A DNA stretch of 54,990 nucleotides, filler included, from Sluysia triapertura (taxonomy: Eukaryota): assembly GCA_046118255.1 (NCBI GenBank). It is 4 parts of 4 records of this genome, joined end to end, with 100 filler letters (N's around TTAATTAATTAA, not from the genome) between each part and the next. Parts side by side here need not be neighbours in the genome. Positions count along the whole stretch, not along the records: positions 1 to 14,986 come from JBJNIA010242436.1; 3 more parts are not named here. One strand, given 5' to 3'. A model generated the notes under the pieces. That model was not told the DNA's origin. It did no database searches and saw nothing but the letters and a program-made list of their open reading frames with translations. The stretch's first letter is position 1, and each line of letters begins with the position of its first letter. Position numbers and translations under genes: made by a program. This document shows, piece after piece, positions 1-14,189 of this stretch.

Positions 1-590
1 CTTATAATTTCTAGTCTGATTTCATCATCATATCCATCCTCATCATCATCATAGCCATCACTATCATTATTATTTCATTATCATCATTATTATAATAGAT
101 GTTCATTTCATTTTCTCCATGATGTTTGAAATTCTACATTACAATCCACAAGCATACAATATAATTTAATCATTTTGTCAAATAATTTAAGCATTATATT
201 AAAACAATTAATAAATTTATTGAATCGTTCTTAACCAAAAAATTTTTTATCGATCATTTAATTACAATATACTAATTAATGTCTAAAAAGATTGAGTTAA
301 ATGACAAAAGGATTAAATTATATGAAAAACCTTATAATTCCATTATATGACTAATTTCATTTAATAGTTAAATGAAACTATATGGCTCCTAGTTATCTGT
401 ATCTTATGCAACCTGTTATTATTTTCTTATGTTGACTCGTTTTTTTTCAAGGTGTTTTTGGTCTTCATAGAACATTCATTTAATTTGTTATCCAAAGATT
501 TTGGAATGACTTCAGAGTAAATTACACAGAGTTTTAATAATAATAATGTAAAAACTTGACAAGCATTTATTAGACTAACTGGGAATTCAA

Positions 591-785
591 TCTGACCACT
601 GAGCTATCAGCCCCTTCTTACAATTTTGTATTATTATCATAGTCAATTACACTACTATTATTCTATGGGACTTTAGGCCTGTATCTCAACATATCTCACC
701 CAGTTCAATTATTTTTGACTTCAAACATCTTATAAATCATTTAATTCAACATCAGAAGGGTATTCGATTTGTGAGCTCACCAAAA
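591..785 (-). repeat. Truncated copy of the tRNA-containing repeat (internal spacer plus 5' half of the tRNA-like module)
   Basis: Reverse complement reads TTTGGTGAGCTCACAAATCGAATACCCTTCTGATGTTGAATTAAATGATTTATAAGATGTTTGA...AGGCCTAAAGTCCC...GGGGCTGATAGCTCAGTGGTC, collinear with 14301-14470. Confidence 0.75.
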
Positions 786-1806
786 AAGCATGTATTAATA
801 TATAGTGTTTAAAACTCTTCCCTCTTTAGTGAAGGAAGGTCTTTTCATTTTCATTATAGGAATCAGGGATTTCTCTATAAACTTTGTACCTTTAATGTGG
901 TCTTGCAAAGTTTCACCATAGTCTTTAGGCCTTCACTGTGGACTTAGAAAGCTTCGCTACAGTCCGTCTAACAATTTTATTTCATTATAGTCAATATTAC
1001 TATCACAATCGCTACATACTTACACAAATGAAATTGAGCATAGAAATGAAGAACTTTGTAATAAGTTACTACAAATAAGTTCAGACTTTGAATCTCAATG
1101 ATTACACAGTATGACTTCAATGGGCTTCTAAAGGATCATTTGTAATTGTTTTCCAGTCTTCCTTGAAAACTTTCTAAAAATATATTTGTAACTCTTTTTA
1201 TTGCTTTGTTCCAAGAAAAATAAAATAAACCATTTATATTTCAGGAAGAAGAACAATCAACTAGGGTCTAATAAAAAGTACAATGGATCACGAAATGACA
1301 AAAAGAGTCTTAACAAAGACATCAACTTGATTCATAGAGCTGAAGAAGTTACAAGTTCGCTATTATTTTTATTATTACTATTATCATTATATTATTATGG
1401 TTACTATATCACTATATTACTCTCTCTGTCTTAGATTATCGAAAACACATGGTAATATTCATCATATTAGTATTGCATACATTGAATGTCACATAACCTG
1501 ACATAATTGACAGATGTTGCGTTCTTGTAAAGTAATAACTTAACGGTCAAAGATAAATAAAATAGGTACCCCTGTGATTTGAAAATGGAAAATTCCGAAG
1601 AAAAATTGATAAACTTAAAAAGGAGAGATGCCAAATATAAACAACAGGTTATAACACGGTGCAATCAATGAAGTTGCTGCTGCATTGTAAGTAATCTGGT
1701 CTCACTATAAGTAGAATTTGACATACAGCACAAGCTTAGTAGAGAGAAGGTAAAATGTGTGCCGATGTTTCTTGAAAAAAGAAAACGGAAAGATCATTCT
1801 GACAAT

Positions 1807-1960
1807 GCAGCTCAAAGAAATTCTAATAGCATACCTAAGGGAACAGCTGTGTATTGTAAAAAGATGATTATAGAAATTTTTATTCCAGCAATTCAATCAA
1901 AATTTCCGAAAACCTATAAAAACAAAACAATTTAGGTACAGCAAGATAATGCAAAACAGG
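1807..1960 (+). mobile_element. Tc1/mariner (DD39D/plant-mariner-like) transposase remnant
   Basis: Manual translation AAQRNSNSIPKGT...YCKKMIIEIFIPAIQSKFPKTYKNKTI*VQQDNAK resembles the 'AKRSSKNRPxGT...LIEKVIPAIKxKWP...IxIQQDNA' block of this subgroup; in-frame stop. Confidence 0.65.
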
Positions 1961-2097
1961 TTTTTTTAGTCCACCTAATAAGTACCATTTATATCTGTTA
2001 AGATGACACTCTATTAGGATTTTAGAAGCAGATATGTAGACGTCGAATATACAATTTTGTGAGTTGGTAAGTACTTCGTAGATTGTTGCAAATTAAA

Positions 2098-2480
2098 CTA
2101 GCTGTTATGGTCTAGCGTACAAATTATTTGATTTTAGAAAGTTAAAACATTATAAATTGAGCTAGCATTCTTAGGGTCTAGCAAACAGATGAGTAATTTA
2201 ATTAATTGTTTAAAAAATGATTAAATAAGTATCAATACTTATAAGATTTATTACGAAATCTCAAAATATGTAGCTATAAAATCGATATATACAACAAGAG
2301 TGTCAACAATTATTATAATAATAACCAGGTTAAAACTACACTTAAGGAATACAATCCCTTATGAGTTTAACTTTACAACTTGACCTACCCGTTAAGGTCT
2401 AGGATTACTATTAATATTTTGACCTCTTGATTAAAATGAAGACGTGAAAAACTTAGAATAAATGATCTTACTTTTGAACA
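2098..2480. repeat. Hairpin-array element, locus C (degenerate)
   Basis: CTAGCTGTTATGGTCTAG (2098-2115), GCTAGCATTCTTAGGGTCTAGC (2161-2182), CCTACCCGTTAAGGTCTAGG (2384-2403); same architecture as 35876-36179 and 38334-38672. Confidence 0.5.
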
Positions 2481-2718
2481 TGAATTTTCTTTAAATTTGT
2501 TGAAATTGTCACGAAGATTGGAATTGTCTATTTCAAAGACGTTCAAGTGTTTCAATCACTTACAATGTGTAGACATTATACATAAGGATTTTTGATTAAA
2601 TTCAACCCTTTTAATAATTATACATACGTATTATAATTGGCTTACTGATACTTTCTTAAATTTAGTTAATTTTTAATGTTGTATTATTACGGTAACTTTT
2701 TCCATTGTTACTTTCAGG

Positions 2719-4247
2719 AACGGAAAACGAATCTGACGAAGTAATTGAATGGGAAAATGAAATTTTGGCATCATTTCCAACTGAAGATTTGTCCGCTATT
2801 TCTGCACGTACTGAACAATTTAAAGAAACTTATTCTGCTGCTGCTATTGTTTCTTCTGCAAAAGACATTATCAATCGCCGTAATTGTAATTCCGGGTCCA
2901 GTAGCATCTCGTCTGGTATCGGAATCACTAATAATAACATGTCGTCTACTTTACACAACAAGAGACCATCTCCCGATTATTGGAATAATTCAATTTCGAA
3001 AGGTTCTTTTTGAATTTTGATTGGTTTAATTTTTGTGAAATAAATGCCTTTAAGATCAATCAATTCAAACTGAATCAAATTGATAATTACATTTTCCATT
3101 AGAATTTCCATTAATGAACACTTAATACAATACATAGACTCAATTTATATGTTATTTTATTAACAGGTTTTTATTCGGACAATGGATTTCCTCCAATGGA
3201 AACTTCCAATCCAATGCAGGGATATGGTTCGAAAATGGATAACAAATCAAAACTAGGGATTAATTATTTATCGAATAATTATGCATTATTTCCAAGTCAA
3301 CATGGATATCAGGATTTAGAGTTTGTATTTTTTATTATTCAATAATAACTGCATTTAATTCGATATATTACTGATAAATGTGCTAACAGTAATTATGGTA
3401 TTATTATTACCAGGGCCGAATCCACGGTTTTCATCGCCCGGGCAAAACAAAATTTGGTGTCCTTTATACAAGAGTATACTATTTACTGCGAATTAAAAAA
3501 ATATTTAAAAAGGCAAAAAAGCAAAATTACACAATAAAAAACTGTGTAACAAATTTATTTATTTAAAAAATAAATAGTTATTTACTTACAAGCGATACAA
3601 CATATGAAATAACATAACGAGTGCATTTGAAGTTATAGAGATGTACAAGATTTTTTGTAATGCTATTTGTCAAAAATTCAATAAGATAGTTAATTAAATT
3701 AATTTTTTTGAAAATCAGTTTGTAAACAGTTTACAAGATTAAAATAATTAGCGTTGTGATCTTTATTTGGTATTAGTAAACAAAAAAATTTATTGCTTGC
3801 TAAAAATCGATTTTAATTTATAAAATCTAAAAAATAATGATTGTAAAAAATATTTTATTTTTATATCGGCGCCCGGGAAGTCGCCGACGTAATGATGTTT
3901 CAGTAATTATTTGATAGTAGATATTAGCGCTAATAAAATGATAAAAGAAAAATAATTTTCGAATATGTATTTTATAGTAGATGTTATCCATTATTTGAGT
4001 GTCATAGAACACCTACTACAATATGGTTGATAATTTGGTTCAGAGTAAGCTTGTTTATGATATTGATTTTGATAATTCTCCACATTCTTTTATGAAGCAA
4101 GTGATGGATGATAATGATGCCGATTTTACTGAGAATAAGAATGAGAAACCTGACTATATAGTTGATCATGCAGAAACTAATACGTTTAAAAGAAAACCTG
4201 ACAATTTAGCTGTTCCGAATCCAGTACATAGAAATGTCATTGATTAA
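2719..4247 (+). CDS. Probable 3' exons of an unidentified spliced host gene (Ser/Asn-rich)
   Basis: Higher-GC open segments after acceptor-like sites (ttactttcag at 2718; taacag at ~3166) give GTENESDEVIEWENEILASFPTEDL... and GFYSDNGFPPMETSNPMQGYG..., plus ORF 4023-4247. No family recognised. Confidence 0.4.
3411..3890. mobile_element. Possible hAT-type non-autonomous element/MITE in an intron
   Basis: Begins CAGGGCCG (hAT-like terminus); GC-rich GCCCGGG motifs near both ends flank an AT-rich core. Confidence 0.3.
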
Positions 4248-4982
4248 TCGAGATTCATAAAGTTTAATTTATGCATTACTATCTGATAAGTTTATTAAAT
4301 TTAAAAAGTTACCAAAAATTGATAGATTATTAATAAATAAAACAAAAAATATAAGGATATTGTGACAATGTATATTGTGATAAAATAACAATAAAATTTT
4401 ATTATAATGAAAACCGAACAATAATAATAAAATGTGAATATTATAATAAAAACATTTTATTTTGGGAATTTATTATACTGAAATGAATAGTTTATGACTG
4501 AAAATAAAGTAAAAAAACGTAATAGAAATCCTTAATTTCGATTTTAACGACGAACACCAAAACTTCAACGCTATCAAAGCTGAATTATCAACTTACCCAC
4601 CGATTGAGATTCTGACTTGTAGCTACAATCTCATCTTGAATGGTGTCTGCAATAGCAACTACACAAAGAAAATTTCATTTCGCATTCCGACATCAAGAAG
4701 TAAGATTTACTGATACAAATTTTTAAACTAATTTAAAGCTAGTTTTAAACCACAATTTAATATCACGTCAAAACACCTGCATTCATCTTCCTGTTCCCAA
4801 AATCATTCTGTATTTGATAACTAAGACAAACTTAGCTTTAAATTATTTATTTATATCAATAATTTTTAATAATATAAGAGACCCGTATTATATAAATATC
4901 GCTTTCGTACTATAGTCTAATCCAGCAAGTAATTAGGAACTACTTTAAATTATATTAGCTCAATTATTGTTACTCATAAAAA

Positions 4983-5160
4983 ATAGATAAGTTAATAGAT
5001 TTTATTGATGAGAAACTTACACTTTCGATCCAAAACAAGGAAGTTTGGAGAAACATAATTAAAGAAAAAGTGAACCAAAATTCTAGTAAACCGTTCGGTT
5101 GTTTACAAAACAATGTATTATTCGTGATTATATTGTTAGCAATGTTTGGAATAAATAAAA
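4983..5160 (+). mobile_element. Diverged fragment of the Bcl-2/env region of the 15.7-25.5 kb retroelement family
   Basis: Translates without interruption IDKLIDFIDEKLTLSIQNKEVWRNIIKEK...NNVLFVIILLAMFGINK, versus INKVIEFVNKKTKLWVEEQGG*RNIIKGK...NNMLFVIILLVMFGINK at 16765-16993. Confidence 0.85.
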
Positions 5161-5577
5161 TATTTTCTCTGTCAGATACTGAAAATTATATTGAATTCCC
5201 ACAAAAATAATAGTCCAATAAATATCATTTTATTTATAATTATATAATTCGGATGGTACAGAAAGAAAATGGCATGAATCGAAAATGAAAGCTTATAGTA
5301 AGTACAAGGAACTAGATCCAGATTAAGAAAATGTTGATTGATTTGAACAATCTTGTGAAGTATAACTCAAGAATTTACATTTTAGTGTGCAAAAAAGATA
5401 TTCAAGGTTTCGTAAGTTTGTTCAGAATGATGGTGATATAATACTCGAACTTGATTAATCATTAACGTTTCTGCATTCTTCTTTTTCTATCTGCGATTAG
5501 AAGAAACCGCCAAAAGAAGAGCAAGAAAAGAAAATGATTTATTTTTCAATAAATAATAATAATAATTTCAAACTCAC

Positions 5578-7225
5578 TTCTTCGAATTTCATTGAATTGA
5601 ATGATTTCATGAAAGTAATAAGATCTGGATAATCAGATAACAGAACCAACTGCACAAATACAGACTTGGTAGATGGATTCTTCAACGATATATACCGAGA
5701 AGAAAAGTTTCCAATTTGAGTTAGCGGTAAACTAACACAGTTCGGTTGTTGTTGTTGGTGTGATGTCGAGTTGGACATCGTACTAGAGCAACCGTCGTTT
5801 TCGCCATCAAAATACGATGCGTCTTGCGTGTTCAATAGATGTGGCCAAGTTAGTTTTATATTCAAATTACTAATGAATCCTTTAGCAATATTTGTATCTA
5901 ACTGAATGGTAACATTGAAATCATTGTCATCATTGGACACCAAAGAATCGTAGTGGTTTTTTAGTCTTTTATAGATGAAGACATCATAGTAAATTGTTGT
6001 ATCATTCAATTTTATCCCCCTTAACCACTGGTATCCGACTAAATTATTTTATTATTATTATTATTATTTAATTACAAATGCAATATTTAAATAAATTAAA
6101 TTAGAAATATTTGATATATATACATTTAAAATCAGTATATCCATATTTACAGTGGTGGCCAAATTATTAGACTAAAACAGGAAAAATATGTTTTTCTTTG
6201 ATTTTCTCAATATTTGCTACCCTGGACTGGAAACTCTCCAGAAAATCTGTGGGAGATTGTCAAAAGGAGAGTTTCTACCCATAAACCAAACACCAAGATG
6301 GAACTAATTGAAACCCTGATAAAAGTATGGCATCATCTGATGATGAGATCAAAGATTTGTGCCCAAGCTCATCCATGGCACGTGCCTTTAAGGATCAGGA
6401 AATCATTGGATAATAAAGAAGGGCAAACAAAGTACTGATATAACAGTTTGTACATATTTGATTGTGTTATCATTCTACATGAATAAAATTTCTGTATGTT
6501 TTGGATCTCAGTATTTTTTTTCCACCATTTTACATTATTTTCTGTGACAACAGCCAGTAGTAAATAAAGCATGTATTTATACACTTTTGATTAATAGTTT
6601 CACAGTAACCCTGAAAAATGGTCTTTAGTCTTCTGATCTTCTATTCCTAGACCTTGGACATATTTCACATTTTGCAGCTGAACTCGTCGCAAAGTTTTCT
6701 TTGATTTCAACGATCAAATGTTTCAAAAACAAACTCCTAGATCTGTATATTTTCAACATAAATTCAAAGCAATAATTTCGAATATTGTATTATATTATAT
6801 TGTTGATTGCAAGATGAGTTTAAAGAAATCTTATAGCATTACAAATCAAATACAACAAATACTAACTGTTTGTGGAAAGAGAAAACCCCACATAACACGG
6901 TACCTTGCCATTACTCGTACTACTGCTTAATCTGAGATAAGCAGCCGAAGCAGATCCAGAAGTAGATCCAGAGAATTTATCACTTTTCACAAATGCTTCT
7001 GACATGGGATCTTCACAGTTGTGATGAGAACGGTAACGGAAAATTCCTACTCGAGTTCGTGCTCCATTCGGATTTATAAGAATAGGAAGATTACGACCGT
7101 GCTGTACTTCAAATTGAATGCGACTATCATTTGGAATGAAGTGGACATTTACCAGTTCCAGATGATGTGTATAATTACTTTCTATTTCGGCTGGCAATTC
7201 GGAATCTTTGGTCTGAAAAGCAGAA
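5578..7225 (-). CDS. TMEM131: TMEM131-like transmembrane protein, internal exons (~7225-6865 and ~6039-5578)
   Basis: LTWPHL...LPLTQIGNFSSRYISLKNPSTKSVFVQLVLLSDYP matches my recollection of the TMEM131 'LSWPS..FPLT...ITLENP..PVYVQ' block. The upstream exon has a DxRIxF segment and CYVG. GTGAGT donor at ~5577. Confidence 0.65.
6149..6540 (+). mobile_element. Tc1-like transposon remnant (internally deleted) in a TMEM131 intron
   Basis: CAGTGGTGGCCAAATTATTAGACT terminus preceded by TA; ORF 6214-6438 WTGNSPENLWEIVKRRV...LIKVW resembles the Tc1 'WPxNSPDLNPIENLW' motif. Confidence 0.8.
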
Positions 7226-7389
7226 AATAAATTATTCACAAATCTTCAATTATTATTTCACCGCAGATTTGATTAAGAAGTGACACTTTATTGCGACCTT
7301 AAATTGCGTTTCGGAAAATCAAATCAAAAAATATTCGCAAACTTAAATAAAAATTAGATATCAAAAACGACAAATTTAAGAGGTATATT

Positions 7390-7760
7390 TAGTATTTACA
7401 AATGTTCCAAATGTGCATTTTCAATACAAGCACATCTTTTGACAACACTGCGACATACTTTCTGGCAAGTTTCCTTCGAAATGTGGTTCGAATACTTTGT
7501 TTTAGTTGGTCAGTTGTCCTAGGCTTTCTTTAGAACTCCCCATAGAAAAAAATCAGGCGGTGTCAAATCCGGGTATATGGTAGGCCATTCATCATCCAGG
7601 AAATGTTTCATCAAGCCATTGTCAAACATCTTTGGTGTAGTGCGCAGGTGCTCCATCTTGTTGAAAATGAAGGAACTCATTAACAATAGGAAATACTTTG
7701 GTCTTCAGTATATCAAGGAAACGTTCACCATTAACAGTTACTTCAACTTTAAATACAAGA
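7390..7760 (-). mobile_element. Tc1/mariner-superfamily DDE transposase remnant
   Basis: Minus strand gives FIFQQDGAPAHYT and EWPTIYPDLTPPDFFLWG (cf. WPPRSPDLTPLDFFLWG). Confidence 0.8.
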
Positions 7761-8744
7761 TTAAACATTGTCGACCTACTCGGTACAGGTATTCTGAAGT
7801 TTGCTTCTCATCTTTCTTCAACATACTTGTAGCTAGTCCTTAAAGAATGAGGGTCCAAAAGTGTATGATGAACAAAAATCAAGCAATGACGTCCAAACAA
7901 AATCAATTATATCTCGCAACAAAAGTCATTCAAAAGACTACTATTCGCAAAAGGAAATGAATAGTAGCGAAGATAACATAAAATGATATAAAAGATGAAA
8001 TTACATTTGTCGTTACTGATATCTAATTTGTATTCAAGTTTGCGGTTCGGCTACATTATTTATATATAATGTTAACAAAAGATCAAATATATATAATATA
8101 ATATAGTACAAGATTTAATGCTCTTCATCATCTAAAATGTCACATTCGCTTAAACTAACATAATCACCATCTTTTTTCAGTATTTGAGCCTTAATAAATG
8201 CCCTTTTCCATTGGCAATAATTGCGAAAAGTTTCAATCTTCTTCTTGCTTGAGCCAATTTCTAATCAAATAATTTGATTACATCATATTTCTCGGCCGCT
8301 ACCTGATTCCCTATTTCTTGGCTACTTTTAATTTAAATGCTGTATCAAACCTGCTTTTATGCAGGGAAGAGGGACCGTATAAAAAAATCGCATAAAAATA
8401 TACCTAAACTTCGAAAATAGCTTTAAAATATTTGGTTTTGCAAAACAATCCAAAAAATATCGCACAAAAACAGGTTTAACTGTATATATATAAAATCAAT
8501 ATATTTAATAAAGTATAAATTGTAAATAAATTATAATACGAAAATGGACCACAATTAATCAATATTATTTTCAATTCCGAGTAAGATTATTTCAGTAAGT
8601 TTTGTAACGTTCTCATTTTAATAGAACTAAATTATACTTAAATTCCCAATTTTTTGCATCCTGGATCTTAATGGCTAGGTTAATTTTAATTCAAAATCAT
8701 TGAGTACTAAGAGATTACCATATTTTAAGTACCATATAAATTGT

Positions 8745-8746
<2 letters not shown>

Positions 8747-8813
<67 letters not shown>
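8747..8813. repeat. (TAT)n microsatellite
   Basis: Directly visible. Confidence 0.95.
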
Positions 8814-8816
<3 letters not shown>

Positions 8817-11800
8817 TTTGAATAGAAATTAGAAAATATGAGTTATTTTTAGAACATTACTGTTAAAATTAAAATATATAATATTTTTGGGATTGGTGAA
8901 AGATAAAGGTAGACATAAGGATAACAGAATAAAATAATGAGCATCATTGAAGAATTGAAATATGATATTATGATTAATAATAACATACTTGAATTAAAAT
9001 AAAAGAATGAGAAATATGAAGAAATAACCATTTAAAATATAAAAGTATATTTGTTAATTAACTTAATTAAAATTTGTTTAATTTGGTAATTCAATAAATA
9101 ATATTTGTTCATGATATAATAATATTGGATTTATTAGTATTGAGTTTTATTAGTATTTTTAATGATGAAGTCAACGTTGATAACGTAAAAATTAGTTATT
9201 TAATTAATTTTTAATTTTATTTAATTAAAGTTAAAGTAAAATATGATCCGATGTCTGAGTGTTAATAAAGTATATATCAAATTGATACCTATAAAGATAC
9301 TAATTCAAATATTTATTCAACTTGACTCAAAACAAATTGTACAAAAGTTTCCTCTGAGAAATAAATTTATTATTTCATTAATTTTATTCTTAAATTAAAT
9401 TGACAAATTATGTTATTAGTACAGTAGCATTGTAATAATGATTTTAAATTTTCATTAGATGCTATTAAAACGATGAGGAGATTGTTATCTTTAGATAATT
9501 AAAATGAGAATGAATTTGAACAGAGACGGAAATTCAATCAGTAAAATTGGTGGGATTATTATCGACTAAAAGAGAATAGATAGTTCAATTTCTAATCATA
9601 TAATTGCTATATAAGCAGTTACATTTTTGCATAGATTTTGAAGTAAAAAAAAGACAGAGATGAGAGTTAAGGAAATAAGACTTTCTAGCTATAGGGACGC
9701 TGATTCAGTTCATCAGTGGATAATGGTGAAACTGAGGTTATTTCTTTAGCAATCATCCAAAATAAAATAGTTTAGTATAAAATGGGAATAAAGGTTGGTA
9801 ACGTGTTCAATATTGATTATATTTTGTATTAATATGTGTGCTAAAATTTAAATAAGTTGTATCACTGCTGGTTGTGATTTGTCTTTAAAGAATAATTTAC
9901 ATTTTTATAAAGAATAATTTGTATTATTGTTGTTATAAAGAATATTTTGGTTGTAATCTTGTGATGATATTAAAGAATATATCGAGATTTTGAATTTATT
10001 TAGTTTGCTGTGGTTTTCTTAAAGATAAACCCACGGAAAATAAATTTTAGGGGGGTTCCGGTTAGAGTAAACGTCTTACAACTAGTAGTTAGCGCTTCAG
10101 TTAAGAATTTTACTGTACTAGCTAACACGTTCCTAAAAAATTTGGTGCGAGGGTCTTAATTTTAAATAGCACAATAAATAAAAAACTCAATTAACTTTTG
10201 AATTATGTTAAACAAAATGTACGCGTATATTAGGTTATGGTATAACATAGAAAACAAAATAAAACCTAATTATTATTTTATGATCCAAATCCTCTTGGGA
10301 TATTCGATCTAATTGCTTTCAAAATTTAAGTAGAAAATGTCCCCTCAATATATAGGGTTCTTTACAATATTAAATATAAAAATTGATTTTTCCTGCATTT
10401 TAGGATCTTGACTTATAAAAATCAAAATCGTCTTAACAATAAAATAAAAATCATCTTATAATAAATCCGATCTGTATGTTCAATATATTGTCATGAAGAA
10501 AATCGGTTAAAATTACAAATGGCGCTGAATATATAAAATGGCGATTTTCATTAAACTGATGGAATGTTCTGGAACATTTTAGAAGCTTCTCTTCTATTTA
10601 TAGAAGCGAATTTTTTTAGAAATTTTATTTTCTTTTTTGGAAAATAAACATTTTCAAAGTGTTTTTAGACATTTATAAATAATTTAAAAGCATTTTAAAT
10701 GGTCGTGATGACAATCTAACAAGTTATTGAGTTTTAATTTAATAATTTTGGAAAATAAAAGTATTAAAAGATACAACAATGTGATAAATAATTCCAGTGA
10801 TATAATTACGATATAATTGTGTTGGTCAACCTTTATAACTATTAAATTTTATAAAAAATTAAGTTTTCAACACTTTAAAATTCACATATCTATCTCCTAT
10901 ACACTCACAAAACAGTTCATCCACCAAAACTAAGTCATACTCACAATCCCATAATATACAAACCACATTCATAACCAATACCATCAATTTACATAAACAG
11001 ATCCATTAAAAACATGCTACTCGCATTCATAACAATCAAACTACAACCACATTCTAAATTATCTACTCGACATCTTCGAATCAATTTCAACCTTTCAAAT
11101 TCATCAATTATTATCACATAATCCCTAACAGCACAAAATACAATACCACTTAAAAACAACAAGCGAACAAATCACATTAGCAACACTGTACAATCAACTT
11201 TCGAATATACTAAAAGTTGTACTATAATTTATCTTTTCGCATTTACTAAACGACACTCTTCTTAAGGCATATTAATCTCAATCAGAAACATAAGTCACCA
11301 TCTAAAAATTCACTATAGCGTTCTGCATTTCTGCATCTGCTATCACACCTTGAAACGTTAATTACACATGTAAAATTTATTTAAACTAATATTTACTTGA
11401 AGATTTTAGCTCTAAACATATTTAAATGTAGTCCAATATGTTCAGAAATCAATAAAATTTTAAGGAAGATTGTGTACAGTTTTTAAAGAATCCAAAAGTT
11501 TATGCAATGAATAAGAACAATAACTATAATATTGTTCATCTTGTTATTACATTCAATTCCATCATTTTTTATTTTATTTCAATTTAAAATATGTAAAGAA
11601 GAAATAAATACAAGAAAGACAGATCTTGTGAAATTTTGGATAATAATAATGATACTAACATTTTGTTATTATTATTATCGCAATTATTATTTTTTAATTT
11701 TAATTTTTCATAAATTTTCAATTAACTTCAATCAGCAAATTATCACCATTTATACTGACATAGTTAATCACTATGTACAAATGAGTGTCAGCATGAATGG

Positions 11801-12084
11801 TGGTTTATCTCTTATCTGTTAGTCCATTATTGTTGGCCATTCAACCAGAATAATAATCATTTTTCTTTCTGGTAAACAATCCTGGTTGGATGGACAATCA
11901 CTGGTCATCTGGTACAAAAATAAAATTTCGTAATAAATAAAATTCTCTTGCTTGAGATTATTATGTAGTTATATGCAGTAATCGAATTGAATTATTTAAT
12001 ACAAGTAAATTGGTAAAATCAGAAATTTTTGAAAAAAAAGAAAAGCTGACAAAGACATGGATGAAAGATTACTAGTTATGTGTT

Positions 12085-13240
12085 ATGATTTTAAACTTAA
12101 TTACATCATTCCGTCAATCTGTAAATGAAATTAAAAGGTTGTTTGAGATAAAGTATGATCCTAATTGCCTAATATCAGATATACTATTGAAGTTTTCTAT
12201 AGTATCAACTAAGAACAGCAGTAAATTATTTAGTTTAGTAATTAAGCAATGTCATTCAATTCTCGTACGTAATTCAGGACACGTAGTCCCAGTTTTAGAA
12301 TGGTTAAAGAAAATGTTCCAAGTTTATAGTTTTGAATCATTGGATCCAATTTATACACAATATTTATTTATTTTTAGTCAAGGAACCATTTCAGTTACTA
12401 ACATCTAACGCTATAACGAGATATATTGTATTTTTCGATACTCGTTTATTTACAGAGATTATGCTTAAAGAAGAAAAGAGTAATAGTATAGTAAATCAAG
12501 TCAATATGGTGGATGAATTTATTATTTTCTTAATCCATTTTCTGAAAGATCACAGTCGTAACAAAGACAATATCGCCGTGTCATTTAACATTTTAACGAT
12601 CGCTTTTAGTTAAGAAAACTTGACGTATGTAGCACAGGATAATCTTTTACTAAATGTTCCACATTTATTCGTATTAGGTAATTATTAACTTTATCATGTG
12701 TTAAATACTAAGGATGCAATAAATATTCATAGTTGTTCTACCCATAATGTAACTAGTCATCATATTAATTTTGATAATGACACTACAGCTATTGATGTTA
12801 TAGTTACATCAAGTGATCGATGTTTCAGGAGTATTCTAAAGTCATCAGGTTTGTCAATACTTTTAAATCATAAAAGAAACACCATTTTTAAAAAGTCTAA
12901 AAAGATAAATTAAATAAATTTGCTTAATGTGTCAATGATATTACTGATAATTGTAAAGACGTTTGTATGAGTATTAGTAAACGCGTCAATGACATAACAA
13001 CTCGCGAATTTTATAACATTAGCACTGAACTTATGCTAGATTTATCCAAGATCGATACTACAGATGTTTTTGCTCTATTGGAAATCTGTTTATTCAAAAA
13101 TAATGCCAAACTTAATTCTGAAGAAGTTAGTTGCACATACTGCCTAAGGTTCCAAGATCCAAATATAAATGCGTGGAATTCGCAAATTTTGTGGTGTACT
13201 AACAACATGATAACTCCAAGGTAAAGTCAAATGAGGTACG
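12085..13240 (+). pseudogene. Cluster of overlapping/frameshifted ORFs of unknown origin
   Basis: Four same-strand ORFs with coding-like composition; no motif recognised. Confidence 0.25.
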
Positions 13241-14189
13241 CAAAGATACGGCAGTAAAATTTAAATTATTTGTGTTGTTTAAAAATAAATAATTTTTAAA
13301 CTTATTATTGTTCTTTTTGATAGACTTTATTAAAATGTTGATTTTAAACTTGCATAAAGATAGTAAACGTAATATTCATAACGAACTTAGATTTAATGAT
13401 ACGAATAAAAATTATAGTTATTTTGATTTCCAAATTAAAAGACTTATCACTAAACGAAATTGTTTTCATTTAAGTTTAACGCTTCAAAACCTAATCATAT
13501 CAAATTTCTCCCAATTAAAATTTATATTACATAAAATAAATCAAAATGAAATATTAAATACAATTAAATAAAATAAAACATTAAGAGTATCTTCGTAATG
13601 CAATGAAATTTATGTTATATTAGTACAAGTACTGTTGTTTAAATGATTTTTATATCGATTCCAGAATTAATTTTGTCAAATCAGGTGAATATTTGTAGAT
13701 ACTAAATTATCAAAGCTGAAATGGGTCCAATTTCCAAAATTGTTCCAAAAAATTCTTTTGTTTTATTCAACAATTCATCAAATATTGTAGTAGAAATTAC
13801 AAATATTAAACCAATATTAAACTTTAGTGTTCTTTAATTTATTTACTTTACTTCCGATCTAAAATTAATTAAATTTCTGTGGAGTCTTTTAATAATTTAT
13901 GTAATTTTTCTTGATAAAATCGATAATAATGCCAGTTATATCTTAGGTGTAAAAATAACGCCCTTTTTACTACCAAAATAAAGAAAAGTAATAAACATAG
14001 AATAATATAGTAAAATGTAAAATTTAAAAAGTTAATGTAAAACTAATAATTTTATAAAAATAAATAAATTCTTAATCAATAACTTTAGAACATCAACATT
14101 ATGGAAAAAAATATGAATAATATATAGTTTAATATTACTAAAGAAAATATAGCCAGAACTATATTATAGAATGTGATTAACTATTATAC

